Positions 44,540 through 59,400 of a stretch of DNA of 64,000 nt are shown piece after piece. The stretch comes from Eledone cirrhosa (Eukaryota). The first letter of the stretch is position 1; the number at the start of each line of letters is the position of its first letter. The stretch is from positions 129,146,001 to 129,210,000 of the forward strand of contig OZ024743.1 of assembly GCA_964016885.1 (NCBI GenBank). Reading direction: 5' to 3'. A model generated the notes under the pieces. That model worked only from the letters and a program-made list of their open reading frames with translations. It ran no database searches and had not been told where the DNA came from. The position numbers and the translations under genes are program-made.

Positions 44540-47500
44540 CAAGCACAAAACACCAAACCCCAAGCACCAAGCACCAAACACTAAGCACAATGCACCAAGC
44601 ACCAAGCACTAAACACCAAGCACTAAGCACCAAGCACCAAGCACCAAGAACCAAAGACCAAGCACCAAGCACCAAACACCAAGCACCAAGCACCAAGCAT
44701 CGAACACCAAGCATCAAACACCAAACACCAAGCACCAAACACCAAGCACCAAACACCAAGCACCCAGCCCCAAACACCAAGCACCAATCACCAAGCACCA
44801 AACACCAAGCACCAACCACCAAACACCAAGCACCAAACACCAAACACCAAGCACCAAGCACCAAGCACCAAACACCAAACACCAAGCACCAAGCACCAAA
44901 CACCAAACACCAAACACCAAACACCAAGCACCAAGCACCAAACAACAAGCACCAGGCACCAAGCACCAAACATCAAACACCAAGCACCAAGCACCAAACA
45001 CCAAGCACCAAGCACCAAACACCAAGCACCAAGCACCAAGCACCAAGCACCAAACACCAAACATCAAACACCAAACACCAAACAGCAAACAGCAAACACC
45101 AAGCACCAATCACCAAACAACAAGCACCAGGCACCAAGGACCAAACACCAAACACCAAGCACCAAGCACCAAACAACAAACACCAAGCACCAAGCACCAA
45201 ACACCAAGCACCAGAGACCAAACACTAAACAGCAAACACCAAACACCAAACAGCAAACACCAAACACGAAACAGCAAACACCATACAGCAAACACCAAAC
45301 ACCAAAAAGCAGACACCAAACAGCAAACACCAAACACCAAACACCAAACAGCAAACAGCAAACACCAAACACCAAGCACCAAAACCAAGTACCAAGCACC
45401 AAACACCAAGCACCAAGCACCAAGTACAAACACCAAGCACCAAGCACCAAACACCTAGCACCAAGCACCAAGCCTCAAACACCAAGCATCAAACACCAAA
45501 CACCAAACAGCAAGCAACAAGCACCAAACACCAAGCACCAAGCACCAAACACCAAGCAGCAAGCAGAAAGCACCAAACAACAAACACCAAGCACAAAGCA
45601 CCAAACACCAAGCACCAAGGACCAAACACCAAACACCAAGCATCAAGCACTAAACACCTAACACCAAGCACCAAGCACCAAACACCAAACACCAAGCACC
45701 AAGCACCAAACACCAAGCACCAGGCACCAAGCACCAAACACCAAGCACCAAGCACCAAACACCAAGCACCAAGCATAAAACACCAAGCACCAAACACCAC
45801 ACACCTAACACCAAGCACCAAGCACCAAGCACCAAACACCAAGCACCAAACACCAAACACCAAGCACCAAGCACCAAGCACCAAACACCAAGCACCAAGC
45901 ACAAAACACCAAGCACCAAGCACCAAACACCTAACACCAAGCACCAAGCACCAAGCACCAAACACCAAGCACCAAACACCAAACACCAAGCACCAAGCAC
46001 CAAACACCAAGCACCAAACACCAAGAACCAAGCACCAAACACCAAGGACCAAGCACCAACTACAAACACCAAGCACCAAGCACCAAACACCAAGCACCAA
46101 GCACCTAGCATCAAACACCAAGCATCAAACACCAAACACCAAACACCAAGCAACAAGCACCAAACACCAAGCACCAAGCACCAAGCACCAAACACCAAGC
46201 ACCAATTACCAAGCACCAAACACAGAGCCCCAAGCACCAAGCACCAAACACCAAACACGAAGCACCAAACACCAAGCACCAAGCACCTAGCACCAAACAC
46301 CAAACACCAAGCACCAATCACCAAGCACCAAACACCAAGCAGCAAGCAGAAAGCACCAAACAACAAACACCAAGAACCAAGCACCAAACACCAAGCACCA
46401 TGGACCAAACACCAAACACCAAGCACCAAGCACCAAACACCTAACACCAAACACCAAGCACCAAACACCAAGCACCAAAGACCAAACACCAAACAGCAAA
46501 CACCAAAGACCAAACAGCAAACACCAAACATGAAACAGCCAACACCATAGAGCAAACACCAAACACCAAAAAGCAGACACCAAACAGCAAACACCAAACA
46601 CATAACACCAAACACTAAACAGCAAACAGCAAACAGCAAACACCAAGCACCAAACACCAAGTTCCAAGCACCAAACACCAAACACCAAGCACCAAACACC
46701 AAACCCCAAGCACCAAGCACCAAACACTAATCACAATGCACCAAGCACCAAGCACTAAACACCAAGCACCAAGCACCAAGCACTAAACACCAAACACCAA
46801 GGACCAAGCACCAAGCACCAAGAACCAAATACCAAGCACCAAGCACCAAACACCAAGCACCAAGCACCAAGCATCGAACACCAAGCATCAAACACCAAGC
46901 ACCAATCACCAAGCACCAAACACCAAGCACCAACCACCAAACACCAAGCACCAAACACCAAACACCAAGCACCAAGAACCAAGCACCAAATACCAAACAC
47001 CAAGCACCCCGCACCAAACACCAAACACCAAACACCAAGCACCAAACACCAAACACCAAACACCAAACACCAAGCACAAAGTACCAAACAACAAGCACCA
47101 GGCACCAAGCACCAAACATCAAACACCAAGCACCAAGCACCAAACACCAAGCACCAAGCACCAAACACCAAGCACCAATCACCAAGCACCAAACACCAAA
47201 CAGCAAACAGCAAACAGCAAACAGCAAACAGCAAACACCAAGCACCAATCACCAAACAACAAGCACCAGGCACCAAGGACCAAACACCAAACACCAAGCA
47301 CCAAGCACCAAGCACCAAACACCAAACACCAAGCACCAAGCACCAAACACCAAGCACCAGAGACCAAACACCAAACAGCAAACACCAAACACCAAACAGC
47401 AAACACCAAACACGAAACAGCGAACACCATACAGCAAACACCAAACACCAAAAAGCAGACACCAAACAGCAAACATCAAACACCAAACACCAAACACCAA

Positions 47501-48000
47501 ACAGCAAACAGCAAACACCAAACACCAAGCACCAAACACCAAGTACCAAGCACCAAACACCAAGCACCAAACACCAAACACCAAGCACCAAGCACCAAAC
47601 ACTAATCACCAAGCACCAAGCACCAAACACCAAGCACCAAGCACCAAGCACCAAACACCAAGCACCAAAGACCAAGCACCTAGCACCAAGCACCAAACAC
47701 CAAGCACCAAGCACCAAGCACCAAACACCAAGCACCAAACACCAACCACCCAGCACCAAACACCAACCAACCAGCACCAAGCACCAAGCACCAAACACCA
47801 AGCACCAAGCACCAAACACCAAACACCAAACACCAAGCACCAAGCACCAAACACCAAGCACCAAGCACCAAACACCAAGCACCAAACACCAAACACCAAG
47901 CACCAAACACCAAGCACCAAACACCAAACACCAAGAACCAAGTACCAAACACCAAGCACCAAGCACCAAGCACCAAGTACAAACACCAAGCACCAAGCAC
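44540..48000. repeat. Third, diverged copy of the ~26.35-29.75 kb / ~34.7-38.1 kb segment; an older relative lies at ~19.4-22.7 kb
   Basis: ORF 26415/34745/44590 (212 aa each, few differences), 27936/36266/46111 (also 20943), and 28469/36799/46727. The offset from copy 2 changes from 9845 to 9928 across an indel near 46.5 kb. Confidence 0.85.
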
Positions 48001-49729
48001 CAAACACCAAGCACCAAGCACCAAACACCAAGCACCAAGCACCAAGCACCAAGCACCAAACACCAAGCACTAAGCACCAAGCACCAAGTACAAACACCAA
48101 GCATAAAGCACCAAACACCAAGCAGCAAGCAGAAAGCACCAAACAACAAACACCAAGCACCAAGCACCAAACACCAAGCACCAAGGACCAAACACCAAAC
48201 ACCATGCACCAAGCACCAAACACCTAACACCAAGCACCAAGCACCAAACACCAAACACCAAGCACCAAGCACCAAACACCAAGCACCAGGCACCAAGCAC
48301 CAAACACCAAGCACCAAGCACCAAACACCAAGCACCAAGCACAAAACACCAAGCACCAAGCACCAAACACCTAACACCAAGCACCAAGCACCAAGCACCA
48401 AGCACCAAGCACCAAACACCAAACACCAAGCACCAAGCACCAAACACCAAGCACCAAACACCAAGAACCAAGCACCAAACACCAAGCACCAAGCACCAAG
48501 CACCAAGCACCAAACACCAAGCACTAAGCACCAAGCACCAAGTACAAACACCAAGCACCAAACACCAAGCACCAAGCATCAAGCATCAAACACCAAGCAT
48601 CAAATACCAAACAGCAAGCACCAAGCACCAAACACCAAACACCAAGCACCAAGCACCAAGCATCAAACACCAAACACCAAACACCAAGCACCAAGCACCC
48701 AGCACGAAGCACCAAACACGAAGCACGCAGCACCAAACACCAAGCACCAAACACCAAACACCAAGCACCAAGCACCAAACACCAAACACCAAACACCAAG
48801 CACCAAGCACCAAGCACCAAACACCAAACACCAAGCACCAGACACCAAGCACCAAGCACCAAACACCAAACACCAAACACCAAGCACCAAGCACCAATCA
48901 CCAAAAACAACAAGCACCAAGCACCAAGATCCAAACACCAAATACCAAGCACCAAGCAGCAAACACCAAACACCAAGCATCAAACACCAAGCACCAAAGA
49001 CCAAAGACCAAAGACCAAACAGCAAACACCAAACACCAAAAACCAAACACCAAGCACCAAGCACCAATCACAAAACAACAAGCACCAGGCACCAAGCACC
49101 AAACGCCAAACACCAAGCACCAAACACCAAGCACCAAAGACCAAACACCAAACAGCAAACACCAAATACAAAACAGCAAACACCAAACACGAAACAGCAA
49201 ACACCAAACGCCAAACACCAAGCACCAAGCACCAATCACCAAACAACAAGCACCATGCACCAAGCACCAAACACCAAACACCAAGCACCAAGCACCAAAC
49301 ACCAAACACCAAGCACCAAACACCAAGCACCAAGCACCAAACACCAAATCCCAAGCACCAAGCACCAAACACTAATCACCAAGCACCAAGCACCAAGCAC
49401 CAAGCACCAAGCACCAAACACCAAGCACCAAAGACCAAGCACCAAGCACCAAACACCAAGCACCAAGCACCAAACACCAAGCACCAAGCACCAAACACCA
49501 ACCACCCAGCACCAAGCACCAAGCACCAAACACCAAGCACCAAACACCAAACACCAAACACCAAGCACCAAGCACCAAACACCAAGCACCAATTACCAAG
49601 CACCAAACACCAAGCGCCAAGCACCAAGCACCAAACACCAAACACGAAGCACCAAACACCAAGCACCAAGCACCAAGGACCAAACACCAAACACCAAGCA
49701 CCAAGCACCAAGCACCAAGCACCAAACAC

Positions 49730-52700
49730 CAAGCACCAAGCACCAAACACCAAACAGCAAACAGCAAACTCCAAACACCAAACACCAAACAGCAAACAGC
49801 AAACACCAAACAGCAAACACCATACAGCAAACACCAAACACCAAAAAACAGACACCTAACAGCAAACAGCAAACACCAAACAGCAAACAGCAAACACCAA
49901 GCACCAAGCACCAAACACCAAGCACCAAGCACCAAACACCAAAACCAAGCACCAAGCACCAAGCACCAAAGACCAAACACCAAGCACCAAACACCAAACA
50001 CCAAGCACCAAGCACCAAACACCAAGCACTAGGCACCAAGCACCAAACACCAAACACCAAGTACCAAGCACCAAACACCAAGCACCAAGCACCAAAGACC
50101 AAACACCAAGCACCAAACACCAAACAGCAAACACCATACAGCAAACAGCAAACACCATACAGCAAACACCAAACACCAAAAAGCAGACACTAAACAGCAA
50201 ACACCAAACAGCAAACACCAAAGAACAAACACCAAACACCAAGCACCAAACACCAAGAACCAAGCACCAAACACCAAGCACCAAGCACCAAGACCAAGCA
50301 CCAAGCACCAAACACCAAGCACCAAGCACCAAGCATCAAACACCAAGCATCAAACACCAAACACCAAACACCAAGCACCAAGCACCAAACACCAAGCACC
50401 AAGAACCAAGCACCAAGCACCAAACACCAAGCACCCTGCACCAAGCATCAAACACCAAGAACCAAGCACCATACACAACACACCAAGCACCAAACACCAA
50501 ACACCAAGCACCAAGCACCAAACACCAAACCCCAAGCACCAAGCACCAAACACTAATCACCAAGCACCAAGCACCAAACACCAAACACCAAGCACCAAAG
50601 ACCAAGCACCAAGCACCAAAGACCAAGCACCAAGCACCAAACACCAAGCACCAAGCACCAAACACCAACCACCCAGCACCAAGCACCAAGCACCAAACAC
50701 CAAGCACCAAGCACCAAATACCAAACACCAAGCACCAAGCACCTAGCACCAAAAACCAAACCCAAGCACCAAACACCAAGCACCAAACACCAAACACCAA
50801 GCACCAAGCACCAAACACCAAGCATGCAGCACCAAACACCAAGCACCAAGCACCAAGCACCAAACACCAAGCACCACGCACCAAACACCAAACACCAAAC
50901 ACCAAACACCAAGTACCAAACACCAAACCCCAAGCACCAAGCACCAAACACTAATCACAATGCACCAAGCACCAAGCACTAAACACCAAGCACCAAGCAC
51001 CAAGCACTAAACACCAAACACCAAGGACCAAGCACCAAGCACCAAGAACCAAATACCAAGCACCAAGCACCAAACACCAAGCACCAAGCACCAAGCATCG
51101 AACACGAAGCATCAAACACCAAGCACCAATCACCAAGCACCAAACACCAAGCACCAACCACCAAACACCAAGCACCAAACACCAAACACCAAGAACCAAG
51201 AACCAAGCACCAAATACCAAACACCAAGCACCTCGCACCAAACACCAAACACCAAGCACCAAACACCAAACACCAAGCACCAAACACCAAACACCAAACA
51301 CCAAACACCAAGCACCAAGTACCAAACAACAAGCACCAGGCACCAAACACCAAGCACCAATCACCAAGCACCAAACAGCAAACAGCAAACAGCAAACAGC
51401 AAACAGCAAACAGCAAACAGCAAACACCAAGCACCAATCACCAAACAACAAGCACCAGGCACCAAGGACCAAGCACCAAGCACCAAACACCAAACACCAA
51501 GCACCAAGCACCAAACACCAAGCACCAGAGACCAAACACCAAACATCAAACACCAAACACCAAACAGCAAACACCAAACACGAAACAGCAAACACCATAC
51601 AGCAAACACCAAACACCAAAAAGCAGACACCAAACAGCAAACATGAAACACCAAGCACCAAGCACCAAACACCAAACAGCAAACAGCAAACTCCAAACAC
51701 CAAACACGAAACAGCAAACAGCAAACACCAAACAGCAAACACCATACAGCAAACACCAAACACCAAAAAACAGACACCTAACAGCAAACAGCAAACACCA
51801 AACAGCAAACAGCAAACACCAAGCACCAAGCACCAAACACCAAGCACCAAGCACCAAACACCAAAACCAAGCACCAGACACCAAGCACCAAACACCAAAC
51901 ACCAAGCACCAAGCACCAAACACCAAGCACTAGGCACCAAGCACCAAACACCAAACACCAAGTACCAAGCACCAAACACCAAGCACCAAGCACCAAAGAC
52001 CAAACACCAAGCACCAAACACCAAACAGCAAACACCATACAGCAAACAGCAAACACCATACAGCAAACACCAAACACCAAAAAGCAGACACTAAACAGCA
52101 AACACCAAACAGCAAACACCAAAGAACAAACACCAAACACCAAGCACCAAACACCAAGAACCAAGCACCAAACACCAAGCACCAAGCACCAAGCACCAAA
52201 CACCAAGCACCAAGCACCAAGCATCAAACACCAAGCATCAAACACCAAACACCAAACACCAAGCACCAAGCACCAAACACCAAGCACCAAGAACCAAGCA
52301 CCAAGCACCAAACACCAAGCACCCTGCACCAAGCACCAAACACCAAGAACCAAGCACCATACACAACACACCAAGCACCAAACACCAAACACCAAGCACC
52401 AAGCACGAAACACCAAACCCCAAGCACCAAGCACCAAACACTAATCACCAAGCACCAAGCACCAAACACCAAACACCAAGCACCAAAGACCAAGCACCAA
52501 GCACCAAAGACCAAGCACCAAGCACCAAACACCAAGCACCAAGCACCAAACACCAACCACCCAGCACCAAGCACCAAGCACCAAACACCAAGCACCAAGC
52601 ACCAAATACCAAACACCAAGCACCAAGCACCTAGCACCAAAAACCAAACCCAAGCACCAAACACCAAGCACCAAACACCAAACACCAAGCACCAAGCACC

Positions 52701-53490
52701 AAACACCAAGCATGCAGCACCAAACACCAAGCACCAAGCACCAAGCACCAAACACCAAGCACCACGCACCAAACACCAAACACCAAACACCAAACACCAA
52801 GTACCAAACACCAAACCCCAAGCACCAAGCACCAATCACAATGCACCAAGCACCAAGCACTAAACACCAAGCACCAAGCACCAAGCACTAAACACCAAAC
52901 ACCAAGGACCAAGCACCAAGCACCAAGAACCAAATACCAAGCACCAAGCACCAAACACCAAGCACCAAGCACCAAGCATCGAACACCAAGCATCAAACAC
53001 CAAGCACCAATCACCAAGCACCAAACACCAAGCACCAACCACCAAACACCAAGCACCAAACACCAAACACCAAGCACCAAGAACCAAGCACCAAATACCA
53101 AACACCAAGCACCTCGCACCAAACACCAAACACCAAGCACCAAACACCAAACACCAAGCACCAAACACCAAACACCAAACACCAAACACCAAGCACCAAG
53201 TACCCAACAACAAGCACCAGGCACCAAGCACCAAACATCAAACACCAAGCACCAAGCACCAAACACCAAGCACCAAGCACCAAACACCAAGCACCAATCA
53301 CCAAGCACCAAACAGCAAACAGCAAACAGCAAACAGCAAACAGCAAACAGCAAACAGCAAACACCAAGCACCAATCACCAAACAACAAGCACCAGGCACC
53401 AAGGACCAAGCACCAAGCACCAAACACCAAACACCAAGCACCAAGCACCAAACACCAAGCACCAGAGACCAAACACCAAACATCAAACAC
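49730..53490. repeat. Diverged tandem duplication, period ~1.9 kb (local offsets 1922, 1901, 1888, 1881, 1937)
   Basis: ORFs 50336/52224, 50553/52441 and 50557/52445 are offset by 1888. Shared rare variants AACAAA, CACCCTG, CACAACA, CATGCAG, CACCTCG and a (CAGCAAA)7 run occur in both copies. Confidence 0.88.
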
Positions 53491-56400
53491 CAAACACCAA
53501 ACACCAAACACCAAACAGCAAACAGCAAACACCAAACACCAAGCACCAAACACCAAGTACCAAGCACCAAACACCAAGCACCAAACACCAAACACCAAGC
53601 ATCAAGCACCAAACACTAATCACCAAGCACCAAGCACCAAACACCAAGCACCAAGCACCAAGCACCAAACACCAAGCACCAAAGACCAAGCACCAAGCAC
53701 CAAGCACCAAACACCAAGCACCAAGCACCAAGCACCAAACACCAAGCACCAAACACCAACCACCCAGCACCAAGCACCTAGCACCAAACACCAAGCACCA
53801 AGCACCAAGCATAAAGCACCAAACACCAAGCAGCAAGCAGAAAGCACCAAACAACAAACACCAAGCACCATGCACCAAACACCAAGCACCAAGGACCAAA
53901 CACCAAACACCATGCACCAAACACCAAACACCAAGCACCAAGCACCAAACACCAAGCACCAAGCACCAAACACCAAGCACCAAACACCAAACACCAAGCA
54001 CCAAGCACCAAACACCAAGCACCAAACACCAAACACCAAGAACCAAGTACCAAACACCAAGCACCAAGCACCAAGCACCAAGTACAAACACCAAGCACCA
54101 AGCACCAAACACCAAGCACCAAGCACCAAGCATCAAACACCAAGCATCAAACACCAAACACCAAACACCAAGAACCAAACACCAAGCATAAAGCACCAAA
54201 CACCAAGCAGCAAGCAGAAAGCACCAAACAACAAACACCAAGCACCAAGCACCAAACACCAAGCACCAAGGACCAAACACCAAACACCATGCACCAAGCA
54301 CCAAACACCTAACACCAAGCACCAAGCACCAAACACCAAACACCAAGCACCAAGCACCAAACACCAAGCACCAGGCACCAAGCACCAAACACCAAGCACC
54401 AAGCACCAAACACCAAGCACCAAGCACAAAACACCAAGCACCAAGCACCAAGCACCTAACACCAAGCACCAAGCACCAAGCACCAAGTACAAACACCAAG
54501 CACCAAACACCAAGCACCAAGCATCAAGCATCAAACACCAAGCACCAAACACCAAGCACCAAGCACCAAACACCAAGCCCCAAGCACCAAGCACCTTACA
54601 CCAAACACCAAGCACCAAACACCAAGCACCAAGCACCTAGCACCAAAAACCAAACCCAAGCACCAAACACCAAGCACCAAACACCAAACACCAAGCACCA
54701 TGCACCAAACACCAAGCATGCAGCACCAAACACCAAGCACCAAGCACCAAGCACCAAACACCAAGCACCACGCACCAAACACCAAACACCAAACACCAAA
54801 CACCAAGCACCAAACACCAAACCCCAAGCACCAAGCACCAAACACTAATCACAATGCACCAAGCACCAAGCACTAAACACCAAGCACCAAGCACCAAGCA
54901 CTAAACACCAAACACCAAGGACCAAGCACCAAGCACCAAGAACCAAATACCAAGCACCAAGCACCAAACACCAAGCACCAAGCACCAAGCATCGAACACC
55001 AAGCATCAAACACCAAGCACCAATCACCAAGCACCAAACACCAAGCACCAACCACCAAACACCAAGCACCAAACACCAAACACCAAGCACCAAGAACCAA
55101 GCACCAAATACCAAACACCAAGCACCACGCACCAAACACCAAACACCAAACACCAAGCACCAAACACCAAACACCAAACACCAAACACCAAGCACCAAGT
55201 ACCAAACAACAAGCACCAGGCACCAAGCACCAAACATCAAACACCAAGCACCAAGCACCAAACACCAAGCACCAAGCACCAAACACCAAGCACCAATCAC
55301 CAAGCACCAAACAGCAAACAGCAAACAGCAAACAGCAAACAGCAAACACCAAACACCAAGCACCAAACACCAAGTACCAAGCACCAAACACCAAGCACCA
55401 AACACCAAACACCAAGCACCAAACACTAATCACCAAGCACCAAGCACCAAACACCAAGCACCAAGCACCAAGCACCAAACACCAAGCACCAAAGACCAAG
55501 TACCAAGCACCAAGCACCAAACACCAAGCACCAAGCACCAAGCACCAAACACCAAGCACCAAACACAAACCACCCAGCACCAAGCACCAAGCACCAAACA
55601 CCAAGCACCAAGCACCAAACACCAAACACCAAACACCAAGCACCAAACACCAAGCACCAAGCACCAAACACCAAGCACCAAACACCAAACACCAAGCACC
55701 AAGTACCAAACACCAAGCACCAAGCACCAAGCACCAAGTACAAACACCAAGCACCAAGCACCAAACACCAAGCACCAAGCACCAAGCAGAAAGCACCAAA
55801 CAACAAACACCAAGCACCAAGCACCAAACACCAAGCACCAAGGACCAAACACCAAACACCATGCACCAAGCACCAAACACCTAACACCAAGCACCAAGCA
55901 CCAAACACCAAGCACCAGGCACCAAGCACCAAACACCAAGCACCAAGCACCAAACACCAAGCACCAAGCACAAAACACCAAGCACCAAGCACCAAACACC
56001 TAACACCAAGCACCAAGCACCAAGCACCAAGCACCAAGCACCAAACACCAAACACCAAGCACCAAGCACCAAACACCAAGCACCAAACACCAAGAACCAA
56101 GCACCAAACACCAAGCACCAAACACCAAGCACCAAACACCAGGCACCAAGCACCAAGCACCAAACACCAAGCACTAAGCACCAAGCACCAAGTACAAACA
56201 CCAAGCACCAAACACCAAGCACCAAGCATCAAGCATCAAACACCAAGCATCAAATACCAAACACCAAGCACCAAGCACCAAGCACCAAGCACCAAACACC
56301 AAGCACCAAGCACCAAACACCAAACACCAAACACCAAGCACCAAGCACCAAGCACCAAACACCAAACACCAAGCACCAGACACCAAGCACCAAACACCAA

Positions 56401-59400
56401 ACACCAAACACCAAGCACCAAGCACCAATCACCAAACAACAAGCACCAAGCACCAAGATCCAAACACCAAACACCAAGCACCAAGCAGCAAACTCCAAAC
56501 ACCAAGCATCAAACACCAAGCACCAAAGACCAAAGACCAAAGACCAAACAGCAAACACCAAACACCAAAAACCAAACACCAAGGACCAAGCACCAATCAC
56601 AAAACAACAAGCACCAGGCACCAAGCACCAAACACCAAACACCAAGCACCAAACACCAAGCACCAAAGACCAAACACCAAACAGCAAACACCAAATACAA
56701 AACAGCAAACACCAAACACGAAACAGCAAACACCAAACGCCAAACACCAAGCACCAAGCACCAATCACCAAACAACAAGCACCAAGCACCAAGCACTAAA
56801 CACCAAACACCAAGCACCAAGCACCAAACACCAAACAACAAGCACCAAACACCAAGCACCAAGCACCAAACACCAAACCCCAAGCACCAAGCACCAAACA
56901 CTAATCACCAAGCACCAAGCACCAAGCACCAAGCACCAAGCACCAAACACCAAGCACCAAAGACCAAGCACCAAGCCCCAAACACCAAGCACCAAGCACC
57001 AAACACCAAGCACCAAGCACCAAACACCAACCACCCAGAACCAAGCACCAAGCACCAAACACCAAGCACCAAACACCAAACACCAAACACCAAGCACCAA
57101 GCACCAAGCACCAAACACCAAACATGAAGCACCAAACACCAAGCCCCAAGCACCAAGCACCAAACACCAAACATGAAGCACCAAACACCAGGCACCAAGC
57201 ACCAAGGACCAAACACCAAACACCAAGCACCAAGCACCAAGCACCAAACACCAAACACCAAGCAGCAAACAGCAAACTCCAAACACCAAACACGAAACAT
57301 CAAACACCATACAGCAAACACCAAACACCAAAAAACAGACACCTAACAGCAAACAGCAAACACCAAACAGCAAACAGCAAACACCAAGCACCAAGCACCA
57401 AACACCAAACACCAAGCACCAAGCACCAAACACCAAAACCAAGCACCAAACACCAGACACCAAGCACCAAACACCAAACACCAAGCACCAAGCACCAAGC
57501 ACTAGGCACCAAGCACCAAACACCAAACACCAAGTACCAAGCACCAAACACCAAGCACCAAGCGCCAAAGACCAAACACCAAGCACCAAGCACCAAACAC
57601 CAAACAGCAAACAGCAAACACCAAACAGCAAAAACCATACAGCAAACACCAAACACCAAAAAGCAGACACTAAACAGCAAACACCAAACAGCAAACACCA
57701 AAGAACAAACACCAAACACCAAGCACCAAACACCAAGAACCAAGAACCAAACACCAAGCACCAAGCACCAAGACCAAGCACCAAGCACCAAACACCAAGC
57801 ACCAAGCACCGAACACCAAGCACCAAGCACCAAGCAGAAAGCACCAAACAACAAACACCAAGCACCAAGCACCAAACACCAAGCACCAAGGACCAAACAC
57901 CAAACACCATGCACCAAGCACCAAACACCTAACAGCAAGCACCAAGCACCAAACACCAAACACCAAGCACCAAGCACCAAGCACCAAACACCAAGCACCA
58001 AGCACCAAACACCAAGCACCAAGCACCAAGACCAAGCACCAAGCACCAAACACCAAGCACCAAGCACCAAGCATCAAACACCAAGCATCAAACACCAAAC
58101 ACCAAACACCAAGCACCAAGCACCAAACACCAAGCACCAAGCACCAAGCACCAAGCACCAAACACCAAACACCCTGCACCAAGCACCAAACACCAAGCAC
58201 CAAGCACCATACACAACACACCAAGCACCAAACACCAAACACCAAGCACCAAGCACCAAACACCAAACACCAAGCACCAAGCACCAAACACCAAACACCA
58301 AGCACCAAACACCAGACACCAAACACCAAGCACCAAGCACCAAACACCAAGCACCAGGCACCAATCACCAAACACCAAACACCAAGCGCCAAGCACCAAA
58401 CACCAAGCACCAAGCACCAAACACCAAACACCAAGCACCATGCACCAAGCACCAAACACCAAACAGCAAACAGCAAACTCACAACAGCAAACAGCAAACA
58501 CCAAACACGAAACATCAAACACCATACAGCAAACACCAAACACCAAAAAGCAGACACCAAACAGCAAACAGCAAACAGCAAACAGCAAACAGCAAACACC
58601 AAGCACCAAGCACCAAACACCAAACACCTAGCACCAAGCACCAAACACCAAACACCAAGCACCAAACACCAAGCAAAAAACACCAAACACCAAACACCAA
58701 GCACCAAGCACCAAACATCAAGCACCAGGCACCAAGCACCAAACACCAAACACCAAGTACCAAGCACCAAACACCAAGCACCAAGCACCAAGCACCAAAC
58801 ACCAAACAGCAAACAGCAAACAGCAAACAGCAAACACCAAACACCAAACACCAAACAGCAAACACCATACAGCAAACACCAAACATCAAAAAGCAGACAC
58901 CAAACAGCAAACAGCAAACACCAAACAGCAAACACCAAACAGCAAACACCAAACACCAAACACCAAACACCAAGCACCAAGCACCAAGCACCAAACACCA
59001 AACACCAAGCACCAAACACCAAGCACCAAGCCCCAAGCGACAAACACCAAGCACCAAGCACCATGCACCAAACACCAAGCACCAAGCACCAAACACCAAG
59101 CACCAAACACCAAAGACCAAGCACCAAGCACCAAGCACCAAACACCAAGCACCAAGCACCAAGCACCAAGCACCAAACACGAAGCACCAAGCTCCAAGCA
59201 CCAAACACCAAGCTCCAAACACCAAACACCAAGCACCATGCCCCAAGCACCAAACACCAAACACCAAGCACCAAGCACCAAACACCAAACACCAAGCACT
59301 AAACACCAAACACCAAACACCAAACACCAAGCACCAAGCACCAAACAACAAGTACCAGGCACCAAACACCAAACACCAAGCACCAAACGCCAAGCACCAA

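Larger units (their letters stand above)
37618..44542. repeat. Near-perfect tandem duplication, period 3450 bp, 2 copies
   Basis: ORF pairs 37678/41128, 38416/41866, 39056/42506, 39780/43230 and 40571/44021 are offset by 3450. One mismatch seen (CAGCAAA-CAGAAAG ~40736 vs CAGCAAG-CAGAAAG ~44186). Confidence 0.94.
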
